This document shows, in pieces, positions 43,354-56,800 of a DNA stretch of 64,000 nucleotides. The notes beneath the pieces are model-generated. The model worked only from the letters and a program-made list of their open reading frames with translations. It was not told the DNA's origin and did no database searches. The DNA lies in NCBI GenBank assembly GCA_951406725.2, contig OX597819.1, positions 21,080,001 to 21,144,000 on the forward strand, in the 5' to 3' direction. The stretch is from Octopus vulgaris (taxonomy: Eukaryota). Position 1 is the first letter of the stretch; every line of letters begins with the position of its first letter. Made by a program: the position numbers and the translations under genes.

Positions 43354-43811
43354 TGATTCTTCATGTATAATGAATAAGATTTTAAACCATACAATACAAA
43401 TGAGAAAAGTTAATTGCAAAAATATAGCGAAATAAGAATGTACGGTAGACATAACCGTGTGTTTGAAGGCGTCATAAACTGTAGTGAATTGAGGCGGTAA
43501 TTCGTAAATAATTGACGTAGAAGAAGAGGTCAGGTAGTATTAAAGTTATTGAAAAATAGCTAAGTCACCCGAACGTGCAATGGCTTCCCGTGTTAGAAGC
43601 AAGCAATGATTCATTCTGTATGAGCGAGCTGTTAATTTTCACATATCTACTAAGACTTCAGCTTTGAAATGAAACAATTACCCTCGGCTGCACTTTGTTA
43701 ATTCAACTGTCACAAATTTCACTTCCTTCTTCAGCAAGATAGTCGTACAGATTTCAATTCGCTACATACGAATGGCTAAACCACTCCAAATGCATTAGAA
43801 ATGTTTTAATA

Positions 43812-43843
<32 letters not shown>

Positions 43844-44237
43844 TTGTCTTTCTTTTTTGTCTGTTATTTTGTTTTTCGTTTTAAGTTTTGTTTGTGTATT
43901 TAATTTATTATTACTATTTTTTAAAATTCTTGATTTCTTCATTTTTTCTTTGTTTAATGAGAAAAATTTCAATGAATTTATTAAACTTTACTTAAAGGGA
44001 AACTGAGTTGTAAATTAGTGATGGCTCACTGATACAGGATAACTTTCAAACAATTAAGCAAATGCGTGCTGCCTTGTGTACCAGAGACTTCTTTCTTAAG
44101 AAGATTCCACACTTTCAGACAATATGATTTTCTTTTGCATTCAGGATCTCACAATAAAAACGATTTGAACTAAATTCATTGACACATACGACATATAGGA
44201 TATATAGGTTAAAAATATATATAATATATAATATGTA

Positions 44238-44638
44238 GGCGTAGGAGTGGCTGTGTGGTAAGTAGTTTGCATGCTAACCTCATGGTTCGGAGTTCAGTCC
44301 CACTGCGTGGCACCTTGGGCAAATGTCTTCTACTATAGCCTCGGGCCGACCAAAGCCTTGTGAGTGGATTTGGTAGGCGGAAACTGAAAGAAGCCTGTCG
44401 TATATGTATGTGTTTGTTTGTGTGTATAATTTTGTTTGTCTCTGTTTGTCCCCCAGCATCGCTTGACAACTGATGCTGTTGTGTTTACGTCCTCGTAACT
44501 TAGCGTTTCGGCAAAAGAGACCGAAAGAATAAGTACTAGGCTAACAAAGAATAAGTCCTGGGGACGATTTCTTCGACTAACGGCGGTGCTCCAGCATGGC
44601 CGCAGTCAAATGACTGAAACAAGTAAAATTGTAAAGAG
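44238..44638 (+). mobile_element. SINE family A, full length
   Basis: GGCGTAGGAGTGGCTGTGTGGTAAG ... GACTGAAACAAGTAAAA. Confidence 0.92.
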
Positions 44639-46081
44639 ATATATAGTTTGAACAAAAGACCTGATGCAGATGAAAATATTTTACAATAAAGTGTCGTTCG
44701 TTTTAATTAAATCCTGCACCGAGAGGGGTGGGGTTCTGAAATGATGGATTCTTCTTTACCTCGATGCAAACGGACTAATTTAAAAATATAGTGCGATCAA
44801 ATCTGTCCCTATGTCTTTCAGACTAAGTTTATTTTGTATGTACGATGAACGCTGTGTAACTAAATAGATGGATTACTTTTCAGACGTCACATAGTCCTGA
44901 GCTCGACTCATTTGAGTGACATCTTAAGTGCTTTTTTTTTAACCAAAGACTTGAGTCCATTCAAACTGTGTAACTGAAATTAGATAGAAATTCCTTAGAA
45001 GCTCATCAGATAGACTGAGCGTCTGCTTTAGTTTTCTAAACTTATCGTACACCATTTAACACAAAATCTACTTCATAACTGCATTACATGTATATATGGC
45101 AGTGGAATATTCAGTTACTGAGATGCCACTCCAACCTGTGAGCAACCCACTTAATCTGATAACTGAATACTAATGGACGAAACCAGGATTGATCCAGTGT
45201 CCGTTATTATTTATGCATAGGATTTGAGTAATTTCAGCTAAAGTTTTTCCTAGTTACGGGATTTTGAACGAATGAAACAGCTTTTAGTTGGTTCCTCGCC
45301 TTCCTAGCTCTTTATTTCATTTGGACCTTTCAGATAATGACTCATATCATTTTGAATGTAATGAAATAAGGACAATACTCATTAAATAGTTTGCCTGTTA
45401 TATAAGAGTTGGTCTGGAAGTAATCAACGAAATAATCGCGATTATTTGTTACGTCGTATAATAGAAATCTAGTGTAAAACACATAGAATCGCAACGTGTT
45501 TTCATTATTCCTTGCTGTCATTATGCTCAACAAAACTGTAATTCTTAGGTCCATAGATATAACTACTAATGATTCCTCATACTATAAATCGAAGTCTGTC
45601 AGCGATTAATGTGAAGAGGCACTTGAACGTGTAACAATGCTATGAATCTGTACAACATGGCGAACCGGAACTACCTTCGTTTTCGTAATCATTTAGTCAA
45701 CGGAATCGAATGCAACGTTAGGTTTATTAGTTTATCGAACAGAGATAAACTAAATACCACGTCGACCGTGGCAGATTTTGCATTGAAAGACTTAAGGAAT
45801 CTCATATTTAGTGCCAAGTGTATTCATTATCGATTTCATAACATGAAATGAGAGAATTGAGCGAAATTATTAGATAAGTTATGTCAACTACAAAACAAAA
45901 ATGTTTTAAATAACTCATACATTTCAAAGTGTTAATTTCAAACATTAATACAATTATAACTTAATTTTTCAATCGTTCAGAAAGAATGATAGATTGCATA
46001 ATACCGTCATTCCGACCACGGAATACAAGACATATGAGAACTATCGAAGTACTTCGATTTTTGTCTGAATATCTTCAACCG

Positions 46082-46139
<58 letters not shown>

Positions 46140-46534
46140 TATATACACACACAACTTATAAACAAGGGCAAAAGAAAAATTATGTCTATGCCAATATGCT
46201 GAGAACAGACTTTAAATCGTCAATTTCCACATTTCATTTATACATTCACTATAAATACACGTCGCGCTGAAATCTAGGAAGCTAGCCAAGAGAATTTTTT
46301 TAAAACGTTCGTTATTTCTAGGTTGAACCAATTTCGGGATTAATCCACTTCTCTCATTCAAATTCAAAACGGCCGAGAAATAGCATCAGACTTGGAACTT
46401 GGAATAACAACGAATTTGAATTATACATGATATATACATGTAACTCACAATAAATTTGTTAAGTGCGCTTCTTTCGTTTGTCTACTCACACGTATACACA
46501 CACACACACACACACACGCACACATATATTCCAT

Positions 46535-46588
<54 letters not shown>

Positions 46589-46615
46589 CATACGTACAAT
46601 TGTATACATACTTAC

Positions 46616-46718
46616 AGGCGTAGATGAGAATCCTGCCGAGTTGTTGCAGGAAAGAATTTGCACAATTTTTGATACATTTGCTCAAAATTGTTTGGCAGTA
46701 GGAAAATCCACCATGTGA
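46616..46718 (-). other. Candidate exon (103 nt)
   Basis: Minus-strand acceptor TGTCTCCAG and donor CCT|GTAAGTAT. A second donor GTAAGT lies at 46806. Confidence 0.3.
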
Positions 46719-48479
46719 CTGGAGACATGTAATGATGGTTGCACTAACCGCAAAGAGCAATTCTGGCGGATTGATTTTAACAATTGACGTAGCATTGCCC
46801 ACTTACTCGGACTTCGCAAATTCTTTGCATCTCGTGCTGCTGAATAGAACTTTTTGTTGTGGATTAGAATTGAGCAAAACTGAGAATATAGAGTGCAGCT
46901 GCTAATAAATTCTATTGACATATTTATACACACGAACAGGTAGATCGATAGATAGATAGATATAATATATGCATACACACATAATATATAAGGTACAATA
47001 GCATTTATAGATAAGAAGCTCCATTTTCCTTCATACAAAACACACACGGGCTCGTGTGTACGTTGATATATGAAAAAATGGCGAGGATTGATGTGTCTAT
47101 ACGCTTATTACTATAAACATCACTATTTTTCTCTTACATAAACTTTCTTTAATTTCTATTTCATGTAATGGGAGTAACATTCCTCACCCTATGCGCTCTT
47201 TCCCGGCTCTTCCCCGTGGTGCAGTTGCATATTTTTTTCTATATTTTGCGATTGTTCTTTCGTTACTTCTGTTTTGCGATATTCTATTCCCACTGTGATG
47301 CAAACCCTACATTGTCTGGATATATATTTATACACACACATATGTATTGAATTGTGTGGATCTACATTTTATATAAATATATAAAACAACCGGGAAATTG
47401 TATTATCGTCCTACTAAATAGCCATTCTCTTGTATGACACATTTTCTCTCTACAATGGAGGTTTATCTATTTAGTTTTCTTTTAGTTGTTCTGCGAATTT
47501 AGTGATTAATTACATAGATAAATTAGCTTCCTGACCAATGACAAATCTACGTGGAAATAGATACTTAAAAATGATAGTTTGTATAAAGCAATCGATCAAT
47601 AGACTGTGCGTAGCAGAGATCGGTTTCCGCTCTGTCAGCAAAGATTTCAATATGTTTGTTTATCAGTTCTGATCATATGGAGAAGAGAAGAGAGACGGCA
47701 TAATGAGATAGAATAACGTCTAACATCCGTATGCATTACTCATATCTACTTGTTTGATATTCTTCCTCTTCTTTTTTTTTCTATTTCATTATCAACTTGG
47801 CTATGTATATAACAATTTTAAATCTTTTGTTAGCCTCACTGAAACAAAAATAAGAAGGAGTTACACAGACTATGAAAACTGCTTGCTTCCTTTTCTTTTT
47901 GTTGTATTTTTGTTTGTATTGTTATTGTTTTTAGAATTGATCGCATCATAGGCAGATGGCCAGTAACGCTTGAACGAGAAAATTTATGATCAGATGCAAC
48001 TGACGTACGAGTATTCTTATTTAACAGATTGTTGTTCCTACGACATTTATCAAATGTGTTCTTGTGACTTTTTTAAAGTAAGGTGTAGCGTGAGGAAAAT
48101 CTTACTGTTAAACATAGAAGAATTAACAATGATTCAGAAGCTTCCTCATTAGTTCACGCACAGGTATCACAGACCAGTTATTCGAATTAGAGAGACGGAC
48201 GAAATACAATACACATACACTCGCGCGCCTGTACTTTCGTGTATAATTATAAAATCATACATACATTTAAGCGATGTGTGTGCGCGCGTGTGTATATGTA
48301 TGTGCGTGCGTGTCGTATTACTGATTACGTTGATGTTGTTGTTATCAGTCTCAGGTGTAATTGTAGAAGCGGATTATCATGTAATGCAAGGTTTATTTCG
48401 CAATCCGGTCAGAACAGGACGTTGGCAAGTAAAAGGTGTTTCTCTCATAAGTGAAGTAATAAACCATGTTTTCTTTTAG

Positions 48480-48571
48480 GATGGAGTAATCGGCATAATT
48501 ATAGATGAAAACCTTGAAATAGGCATTTGAAAGGCCATCTGCCCTTAGAAGTCTCATGACGACGGGGCTAT
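48480..48571 (+). other. Candidate non-coding exon (92 nt)
   Basis: Acceptor GTTTTCTTTTAG|G and donor AT|GTAAGTAT. Stops in all three frames. Confidence 0.3.
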
Positions 48572-49050
48572 GTAAGTATTTATGCACTCACAAACACACA
48601 TATATGTGCGCCAACCCAGCATTGCCAAAACCTCCAGCTGGAAATAGAAACAAGTATTGTGTGGGTATGTGTGTTAATCTGAAAGTATCATGTAATTAAA
48701 CAGGTATTCGAATGCTTGCAACCGAGGGGTCAACGCTAAAGCGATATTACTGGTCAGATGGTGAGACTGAATTCTGTGGTGGACAGTGCAAATCCAACAT
48801 TCAGCCAGAAAATAACGGGATTTGGACGGGAGAATACCGGAAATCCAAGACGTCATTTTTACAGATCAATTCATTCTGGTATCCCATGTTCACCTTTTTA
48901 TTCTTTATTGATCTTTGAACGGATGAAATTCACATTTGATCTCAGTGGGAATGGAAATGAGAAAACGAGAAACGGGTTAGTCTGACGAAGTGTCAGTAAT
49001 GTCCAGTGACATATTTAATAGAACGTATATGTCAACATAAGCACACACAA

Positions 49051-49107
<57 letters not shown>

Positions 49108-49539
49108 CTGAAAATACTGGACCCTTTCCACACAAGAAAAAATATAGTCAAATTTGTCATTGAAAATGCACCTAAATTTTAAACACTTGTAATTGTTTAA
49201 AATGTATTTATTTACACATATACCAACCTAGTTTCAACAATGGTAACACGTTTTAACAATGGTAACAATTTAGAATTATGAATTAGAAAAACACTTTCAA
49301 AAATTTCGATGTTGACAAGTTTAAATGTTCATAACAGTCAAACTGTGCATCAGTTTGTTTGAATCTACAAAGCTCATGTTAGTAGCGATCGACAAGAAAT
49401 GAATATCAGCAAAGTTTCAGTCATACTATGTTAAGTGAGGAGAAATGAAGATAGTAAAAATAGCTATTTAGTTTACAATTTCTCTGTTCATCTTTCCGTC
49501 GTGTGTAGCAACATTTGCTTGTAACGGATGAGTTTGGAC

Positions 49540-50300
49540 TCCGGTGTATTTTTTTTTCTGCGAGCGGATCTGATATTTGATTCGTTAAAGTACTGGTGAC
49601 GGTTTATTTTTCTGGTGGTCAATATTGTCGTTCTGCCTGGTTGGCTTCTCTGTAGGGAACGGTCATCAGTCGTTCCAGCTGCTTTATTCTCTTAAAGTGT
49701 CTTTTCTTTTTTTTTCTTTTGTATTTGCTGAAGTTCGTTTTTGATTGGTCCAGAGTTAGGTGAAGGCAGCAACTGGTGTTAGTAAATTTCATTGATCTTG
49801 AGATAGGTAACATCGGTAATATGGTGTTATTTTATGGTGATTTGGAATTGCGGTTTCAAAACCAGGGTGGAAGCCTGTTACTAAAGTTTAAAATTGTTGT
49901 TCCTGGTTGTCTTTTTATGGAGAAATTAAATATTTTTTTCCTTTTTCTCTTTAGTGTTTTTCTTCTTTCTAAAGGATATTTAGCTGTGGTTTATAGCTTT
50001 TAATGAGGATGAATTCCTTATTTAAACGGAGTTGTGTGGCCCCGGCATTATTGCCTGTGCACAGTTAGTCTGTCCCTCAATGTTAAACTAGTTTGATCTG
50101 AGTAGTTTCCACCACACCCTCCACATTTGGGAAGACATATTAATTTGTATGTTGAGCCCTTTAAGAGAAAGATGCAAGTTCCGCAGTTAGAGCGGTTGCA
50201 TTTCTTTGCTAGTAGGGTTGTAGCTTTGGTGGGTAATTTGGCGCTGGTGAAAATTTGTTATAAATATTTGTATTCGTTTACATTGAAACTTTTCATGACG
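49540..50300 (-). mobile_element. Penelope-like relic (Cys linker plus GIY-YIG) with internal deletions and 3' UTR
   Basis: FTSAKLP..KCNRSNCGTC..CGGCGGNYSDQTSLTLRDRLTVHRQ / RLNKEFILIKSYKPQLN. Confidence 0.75.
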
Positions 50301-50340
50301 TTTTTCTAATTCATCATTTTACATTTTTAACATTGATAAA

Positions 50341-50606
50341 GAAAAGATACTGGTGAAACTAGTTAGGAGAGTCCAGCTTGCTGGACATTGTTGTAGAGCT
50401 GAAAAAGAAGTAATTTCTACTCTTCTCCTCTGGAAGACATCTACTCGCAATACCAGAGGGCGCACACTCTCCTACCCTGATGTAATCTCCAGGGATACAG
50501 GCATCCAGCAACAGGACCTCCGTAATGCCATGATGGACCGTGAAGTCTGGCGTAGAATGGTAAATTCCATTGTCTCGACCACGGTCGAACAATGATGATG
50601 ATGATT
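50341..50606 (+). mobile_element. RTE-clade LINE 3' end
   Basis: QLAGHCCRAEKEVISTLLLW..RGR..AMMDREVWRRMV*, immediately followed by a (TGA)n tail. Confidence 0.85.
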
Positions 50607-50778
50607 TATATACAAATAAGAAAATGGAGGAACAGATTCATTTCAATCATCAACTTACAGATATTACCAAGCCATATTATTTATTAACTACCTGAATAGG
50701 AACAACCAAATCCAACAAAATAAAACAATATACATCAATAAGTAAGATAATACCATAAAAATAATACACATAAAATGG

Positions 50779-50918
50779 ATCTTACAGCTGTTTCAGCCTG
50801 TAGATGAATGAATCTCATTCTGCCTATATTAGTCAGATGTATTGAGGTAATATGCAGTTAAGAATGAGTTACTTATATATATATATATATATATATATCT
50901 CAAGGCCTCGTCAGAGAT
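50779..50918 (-). ncRNA. Type I hammerhead ribozyme with intact core and long helix II insert
   Basis: Reverse complement ATCT-CTGACGA-GGCCT-(103 nt)-AGGCT-GAAA-CAGCTG-TA-AGAT. Helices I, II and III all pair. Confidence 0.75.
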
Positions 50919-50984
50919 TATAAAGTACAATTATAAAAATATAAAAATGCAACTATAAATATGAAACAAAATGCACATACACAA

Positions 50985-51019
<35 letters not shown>

Positions 51020-51221
51020 TACATATATAATAATACACATACACATAAGGTTACAGATAATCAAATATATATATACTGGAGTATACATATACATCCACAT
51101 CAATGGGTACATATACCAAGTACAAAGTTCATTAAATTACCAAAACTATTAATATTATTATTATTATTATTAATAATAATAATAATAATACCGATATTAG
51201 ATTGTGTGCATTCTGCTATTC

Positions 51222-51258
<37 letters not shown>

Positions 51259-52730
51259 TTTAAACAATTATAAGTTTTTCAAATTTAGGTGCCTTTTCAA
51301 CAACAACTTTGCCTGTATATATAGGCAAATATATCTCGAGTGGGGAGAAAATATATTAAAGAAATAACATTTATCTTATTAAGCTCTAATTTAAGGTTGC
51401 TAAAGTGATATACAGGGATATGTGTAAACGATCATGGAGGTATGTATGTGATTGCAATGCGTGGGGTGGGGTGAATTTATATTTAGATTTATGGAAGAAT
51501 TTAAAAGGACAGAAGACTTTGTGCTAACACATTGTGAAGGCTTCGCTGTGTTTGGTAAGCAATTGTAGTGAGTTACGGGTTCAAATTGTAAGGGCTTCTT
51601 TTAAGTAGAGTCCACAAGTTACGGATCTAATCGGAAAGTACCTCTTTAAACATTATATAGATATATATACACATACACGTGAAAATTCACAGGTACTTGG
51701 TTAGCACTACACTTCCACTACAACATTGGCCCATAATTCGCACTAAGAAAGAATTAGTTCAGTTTCTGCCTTGTAACATAGTTCACTGGTTGTAACTGAA
51801 ATGCAATCGACGGTTGCTGAGAGCAAAGTTGTTCTAGAAACAGGCGCACGTGCAAGCACACACACATATATTTATCGGCCTTTATACGTACACTAATAAA
51901 TACATAGATACATATATTTATAGGTGATTGTGTGAGCGAATACGTATTTCTCTCTGTCTCTGTGTATCTTTGCGCGTACATGTATATGTATATCCCAGTG
52001 GTAAAAATACATTATCATATTTGTGTATGTAAAGTAGGTCGCTGCTCTTCAACAGGTAACCATTCGGTAAGAAAGTTCAATTACGTGAGTATTATGCTAA
52101 GTATTTCACTCGATAGAATTTACTAAATTCCCATTGGACGATTTCCAGCGACCAAAACCAGACACACCGCCATAGTGAACATGTAATTCATATATGCTTT
52201 TACGTCTAAAATAACCTGAGGGAAATATAAAATAATCTGAAGAAATATTAAGTAATATTACGGAGAAAGTTTTCTCTTTTCACGAATATACTAAATTCAT
52301 TTCAATTCGCCATTTGCCATAACAAATTTCCTCATCATTTCGGATTTATTTGCCGATAGCTATAGAGACTTATCCAAAACTAGTGAAATTAAATCTCTGT
52401 ATTGTAATTAACCAACTCAAAAGCCTATATTCATTTGAAGTTACCAATTAAATGAAGGAATATTTTATAGGCTGTTCAGGTTAAGGAAGTGAAATATGAA
52501 TTTTATTCGTAGTATTAGCAATATGTGGATTTCACCTAATTGATATCCAAAATATGGTGCTTGATTACTTTGGACAACCACATGAAATGTGGCACGTAAA
52601 ATTTCATCAGAATACCAACACAATGTATTCAATCTTCTTCTCCCTGCCTTGGCAAACCTCAGAAAATTCTTTATAAAGGGGCCAAGAAATCTAAATTTGA
52701 ACCATCTTTTGAGAAATTCAGTGCCACTGT

Positions 52731-53135
52731 GTGGCTGTGCGTTAAGTGGCTTGTCTACTAACCACATGGTTCCGGGTTCAGTCCCACTGCGTGGCACCTT
52801 GGGCAAGTGTCTTCTACTATAGCCTCGGGCCGACCAAAGCCTTGTGAGTGGATTTGGTAAACGGAAACTGAAAGAAGCCCGTCGTATATATGTATATATA
52901 TGTATGTACGTGTATGTTTGTGTGTCTGTGTTTGTCCCTTAGCATTGCATAACCGATGCTAGTGTGTTTACGTCGCCGTCACCTAGCGGTTCGGCAAAAG
53001 AAACCGATAGAATAAGTACTGGGCTTGCAAAGAATAAGTCCTGGGGTCGATTTGCTCGACTAAAGGCGGTGCTCCAGCATGGCCGCAGTCAAATGACTGA
53101 AACAAGTAAAAGAGTAAAAAGAGAGAGTAAAGAGT
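52731..53135 (+). mobile_element. SINE family A
   Basis: GTGGCTGTG..GGTTCAGTCCCACTGCGTGGCACC..GACTGAAACAAGTAAAAGAG. Confidence 0.92.
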
Positions 53136-53380
53136 ATATACACACATATACATACAAAACTTGCATACACACACTCAAAGATGTCTATATAGGTACATGT
53201 TCATATTTGTGCACATACACACACACACCACACATACATAATTACACATAACATAAAAAAATATTCATTACATATAATTAAATATTCCTCTCTGTGCTTT
53301 AATAAATCTATGAAAGTTTGGTGATTTTAGCCACTACCCTTGATTTTTGTCCGAGTATTTGTATCTTTATTTTTCATTCC

Positions 53381-53425
<45 letters not shown>

Positions 53426-54567
53426 ACATACGTATAAATATACATGTATTGATATATATGCACACTTTACTTTTTACGAAGGCCCAACGGTTCTATTTTA
53501 CACGGCATTATCGCTTGCTTTCTCTTCTTAGAGTCTCACCTTTATATATTTCGTGTGGAATATGTGACCGCGTGTGTGTGAGTAAGTGTGAGCGTGTGTG
53601 TGTAGTATGTAGAGACGTTGATATAACCTATCGTTGTTATAACGTCCGTTAAGAAGCCGTCTCTATATGACAAACTAGAAATTTTAATCTCCCAAAATAT
53701 AGGAAACTGGCCCTCAACTATATATAAGATACACAAACACATACGTACACATTCGCATACTCCATTCCATCCGCAAGTACACACACATATGAATGCGTAT
53801 ATATGTGTGTGTGTGTGTGTGTGTGTAAATACGTATACACAAGCTTGCAGAAATATACACACGCATCAGCATACACATATACAGTCATAGTTAGTATACA
53901 TTTCTACAGAGAAAGACACAAACTAAGACATAGGTAAATCTAAAAGATAATAGGAAATGGTGGTTAAGAAGCATGGAAACTGTGCAAGTCGAATTGTTGA
54001 TTTGAAGGCAGAGAGTAAAAGAAGAGGGAAATAACAGGCATTAGAAATTATATATCAGAAATGTTGTAACATAAATAAACGCAATATTTTTCTATAAAGA
54101 TATAATCTTCTTGTATGCACTTTGCTATATTATGGTTGTCTGTGGCGTCTAAATTGTATCCAAATATAGCATGCCTCGCATTGATTTATCGTCCAGACTG
54201 TTAAAACAGACTATGTGATATCTTCCATTCTATCATGTGTTACTTGTAGTCGTAGAGATTGGTTTCGTTTTGTGTGTTTTGTTTGTTGTTGTTTTTGTTA
54301 TTGTTGTTGTGGTGGTGGTGGTGGTTGTGATTGTGGTTGATGTGATTGATGCTACGAAGCTAATAATTGGGTTGGGCTTGCAAGTCATGTTCTTTCTTCT
54401 TTTCCTTCTATTTCATATTATTATTATTATTGTTGTTGTTGTTATTTATATTTTTATTCCTGATTCATTGCAAAGAGATTGTTGAACTTGTTTGTCGATA
54501 CTGAAAAGTTTGCTTGGCACAGTCGCAGATAGTAAGATATTTCACCCGAAATCAAGCACATAAATAC

Positions 54568-54618
<51 letters not shown>

Positions 54619-55083
54619 GATATAGATATATATAGAGAGAGATAGGTAGATATATATATATAGATAGATAGATAGATAGATAGATACATACATACATACA
54701 TAGGTATTTACATTTATATGAATATTTATATAAATGTGTGCATATGTATGAGTATATATATGTATATACAACCATGCTTTCCCTTACACAACGCACAGAA
54801 GTCCCACACGTATGAAAGCCTACCCGTGAATATATGCGTGTTTGATTTCTACACATATTGATACACATCCGTACAACACCGAAGAGACTCAGATCGAAGC
54901 AACGTGGAAACGTCTGTATAATTCCTTCATCTGCTTTAGTGGCCAATAGCCCCTCAGAACGTCACCTGTCATCTTAACGCAAGATAGTCCTATATTTGTT
55001 GTAACGTATAGAAAATGCATTTGCGTTACAACACGATATTCAATGTTGATGCCTCAATTGGGTTTCAACTGAAAGAAGTTATA

Positions 55084-55748
55084 CGTAGTTTGATCAATAA
55101 GTATTCAGACTGTTGCCATAGTAAGGAGTCTAAAAAAAGCAGGGGGAAGCCGTTTGGCATAGCTCGATCTTGAACACCGTTGTGCACGCACACTAAGTTT
55201 TGACGTTCTAGATCAGCTCTCCTTGTCTACTGCAGTGTTTGACAGGAATGTGTGTAGCGTATAATCGTCGCATTGTTCATGACAGGCAGATTTGAGCAGA
55301 GAATCTTCCCCAAATTTTGCTAAAGACTTGGCGATACCTGCTCAGATACCTGTAAACTTTTTAAAAAGTTTCCATCGTTCTCGGCACAATCAAGATCTTG
55401 TAAATCTGAAACCTAAGTGTCCTTTTGGTCAGTTTGAAGCAGTTTGGGCTCAAACGTGGCAGACACGCGTCTCATACCCAAATCTTCAGTGATAATGGAC
55501 TGAAGTGAACCGTAACTAATCTGCACATCATCTTATAACGCAAGCTGGTAATATAACGATTTCCCCTCACAGCTGCATGCACAGCTGCGATGTTTTACAC
55601 AGTTTTTCTGGCTGCGTTTCTCCTAGAATGTTCGATGTTTTCGACATTTTTTTCGGCCATCTTGGAAACGGCTGAACCTCTCATACACTTGTGTGTGACT
55701 CTCACACTCCACTCTATACACTTTCTTAAAATTTGCGTCGGTCACTGA
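55084..55748. mobile_element. Mariner transposon relic with an internal inversion
   Basis: TIR-like TA|CGTAGTTTGATCAATAAGTA. Plus strand: MTGRFEQRI..KFC*RLGDTCSDT. Minus strand: KKVY..QVYERFSRFQDGR..EDLGMRRVSATFEPKLL. Confidence 0.8.
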
Positions 55749-55769
55749 AGCAGAACATGCTATAAAATG

Positions 55770-56640
55770 ACAGGCCTATATACCAGACATCGTATCATAG
55801 CAAAGTCATAGATTGCATTGTCAAATGGAAGTTGATGTTCCTGGAAGAAAATCACTTGCTCACAAAACACGACATAGTTTCAGCCTTGGGAAGAGCTGCC
55901 TCACACAACTACAACAGGATTATGGCTACGTACAGAGACAGCTACTTAACAACTCAAATGTGAGTGTAATATTTCTCTACTTTGCCAAGGCCTTTAACAA
56001 AATTAAGGAGTGGATGATATGTCATAAACTTCATGATCTTGGTATCACTAGAAGTTTGGCGGCATGACTAGGTAGCAGTCAGACAGATGTAGCCAATGTT
56101 CTCTCTGGGAGATATCAATATGCAGAGGAGTCTCTCAAGGTACTGTACTGTACTATTGTTTGTGCTGTTTCTCTCAGACATGCCCTCTGTCATACAGTCA
56201 ACTATTCTCACCAGCTGCACTCACGATAAAAAACATATCAGGCAGTTAAAAACCCTGATGACATACTAAAACTGCAAAACGACTTGTATGCAATTTATAA
56301 ATTGGCTGGTGAATAAAATATGCAGTTCAATGGTGAGAAGTTTCACGGATTCTGTTATCAGCAGAATACAATTAAAGTACACAGGTCAAGGTGGTCGTGA
56401 AGTAAGAGTCTCTCCGGGACTTGGGAATCCACATGAGTAATGATGCAACACATTTTATGGCTATTACCAAGATGGCAACATTCAGCAGGCGTGAAATGGG
56501 TCGGTAGATTCAGAGATCATCAGAACCAGAAGAAAAAGTTACTCCCATGGAAAAACATTCGACCTCAGTTGTCTGGATTCCTGCTTCCAGCTGTGGCCAC
56601 TCTGGAGAGCCAAACCAGTTGCAAGAATTGAGCTACATGA
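55770..56640 (+). mobile_element. CR1-like LINE reverse-transcriptase relic
   Basis: HSFSLGKSCLTQL..IFLYFAKAFNK..GVSQGTVL..LQNDLYAIY..NMQFNGEKF. Confidence 0.85.
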
Positions 56641-56684
56641 GCTACTCTATTCCCAAAGGAGGAGGCGTGAAAGATGTGCAGTGG

Positions 56685-56725
56685 TATAGATAGAGAGACA
56701 GACAGATAGATAGACCGATAGATGT

Positions 56726-56800
<75 letters not shown>
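56685..56800. repeat. (GATA)n microsatellite
   Basis: Visible directly. Confidence 0.95.

Larger units (their letters stand above)
49145..51315. mobile_element. Putative TA-flanked DNA-transposon shell with nested insertions
   Basis: About 61-bp inverted arms at 49145-49205 and 51255-51315 (TTGAAAAnGCACCTAAATTT..TAATTGTTTAAAATGT), with TA outside each end. Confidence 0.55.

Noticed and set aside
49600-49670. Hammerhead in the Penelope 3' UTR (CTGATGA on the minus strand)
   Set aside because: No correctly placed helix II plus GAAA could be built.
54997-55033. 12-bp hairpin TGTTGTAACGTA / TGCGTTACAACA
   Set aside because: Too short for a pre-miRNA and has no supporting context.
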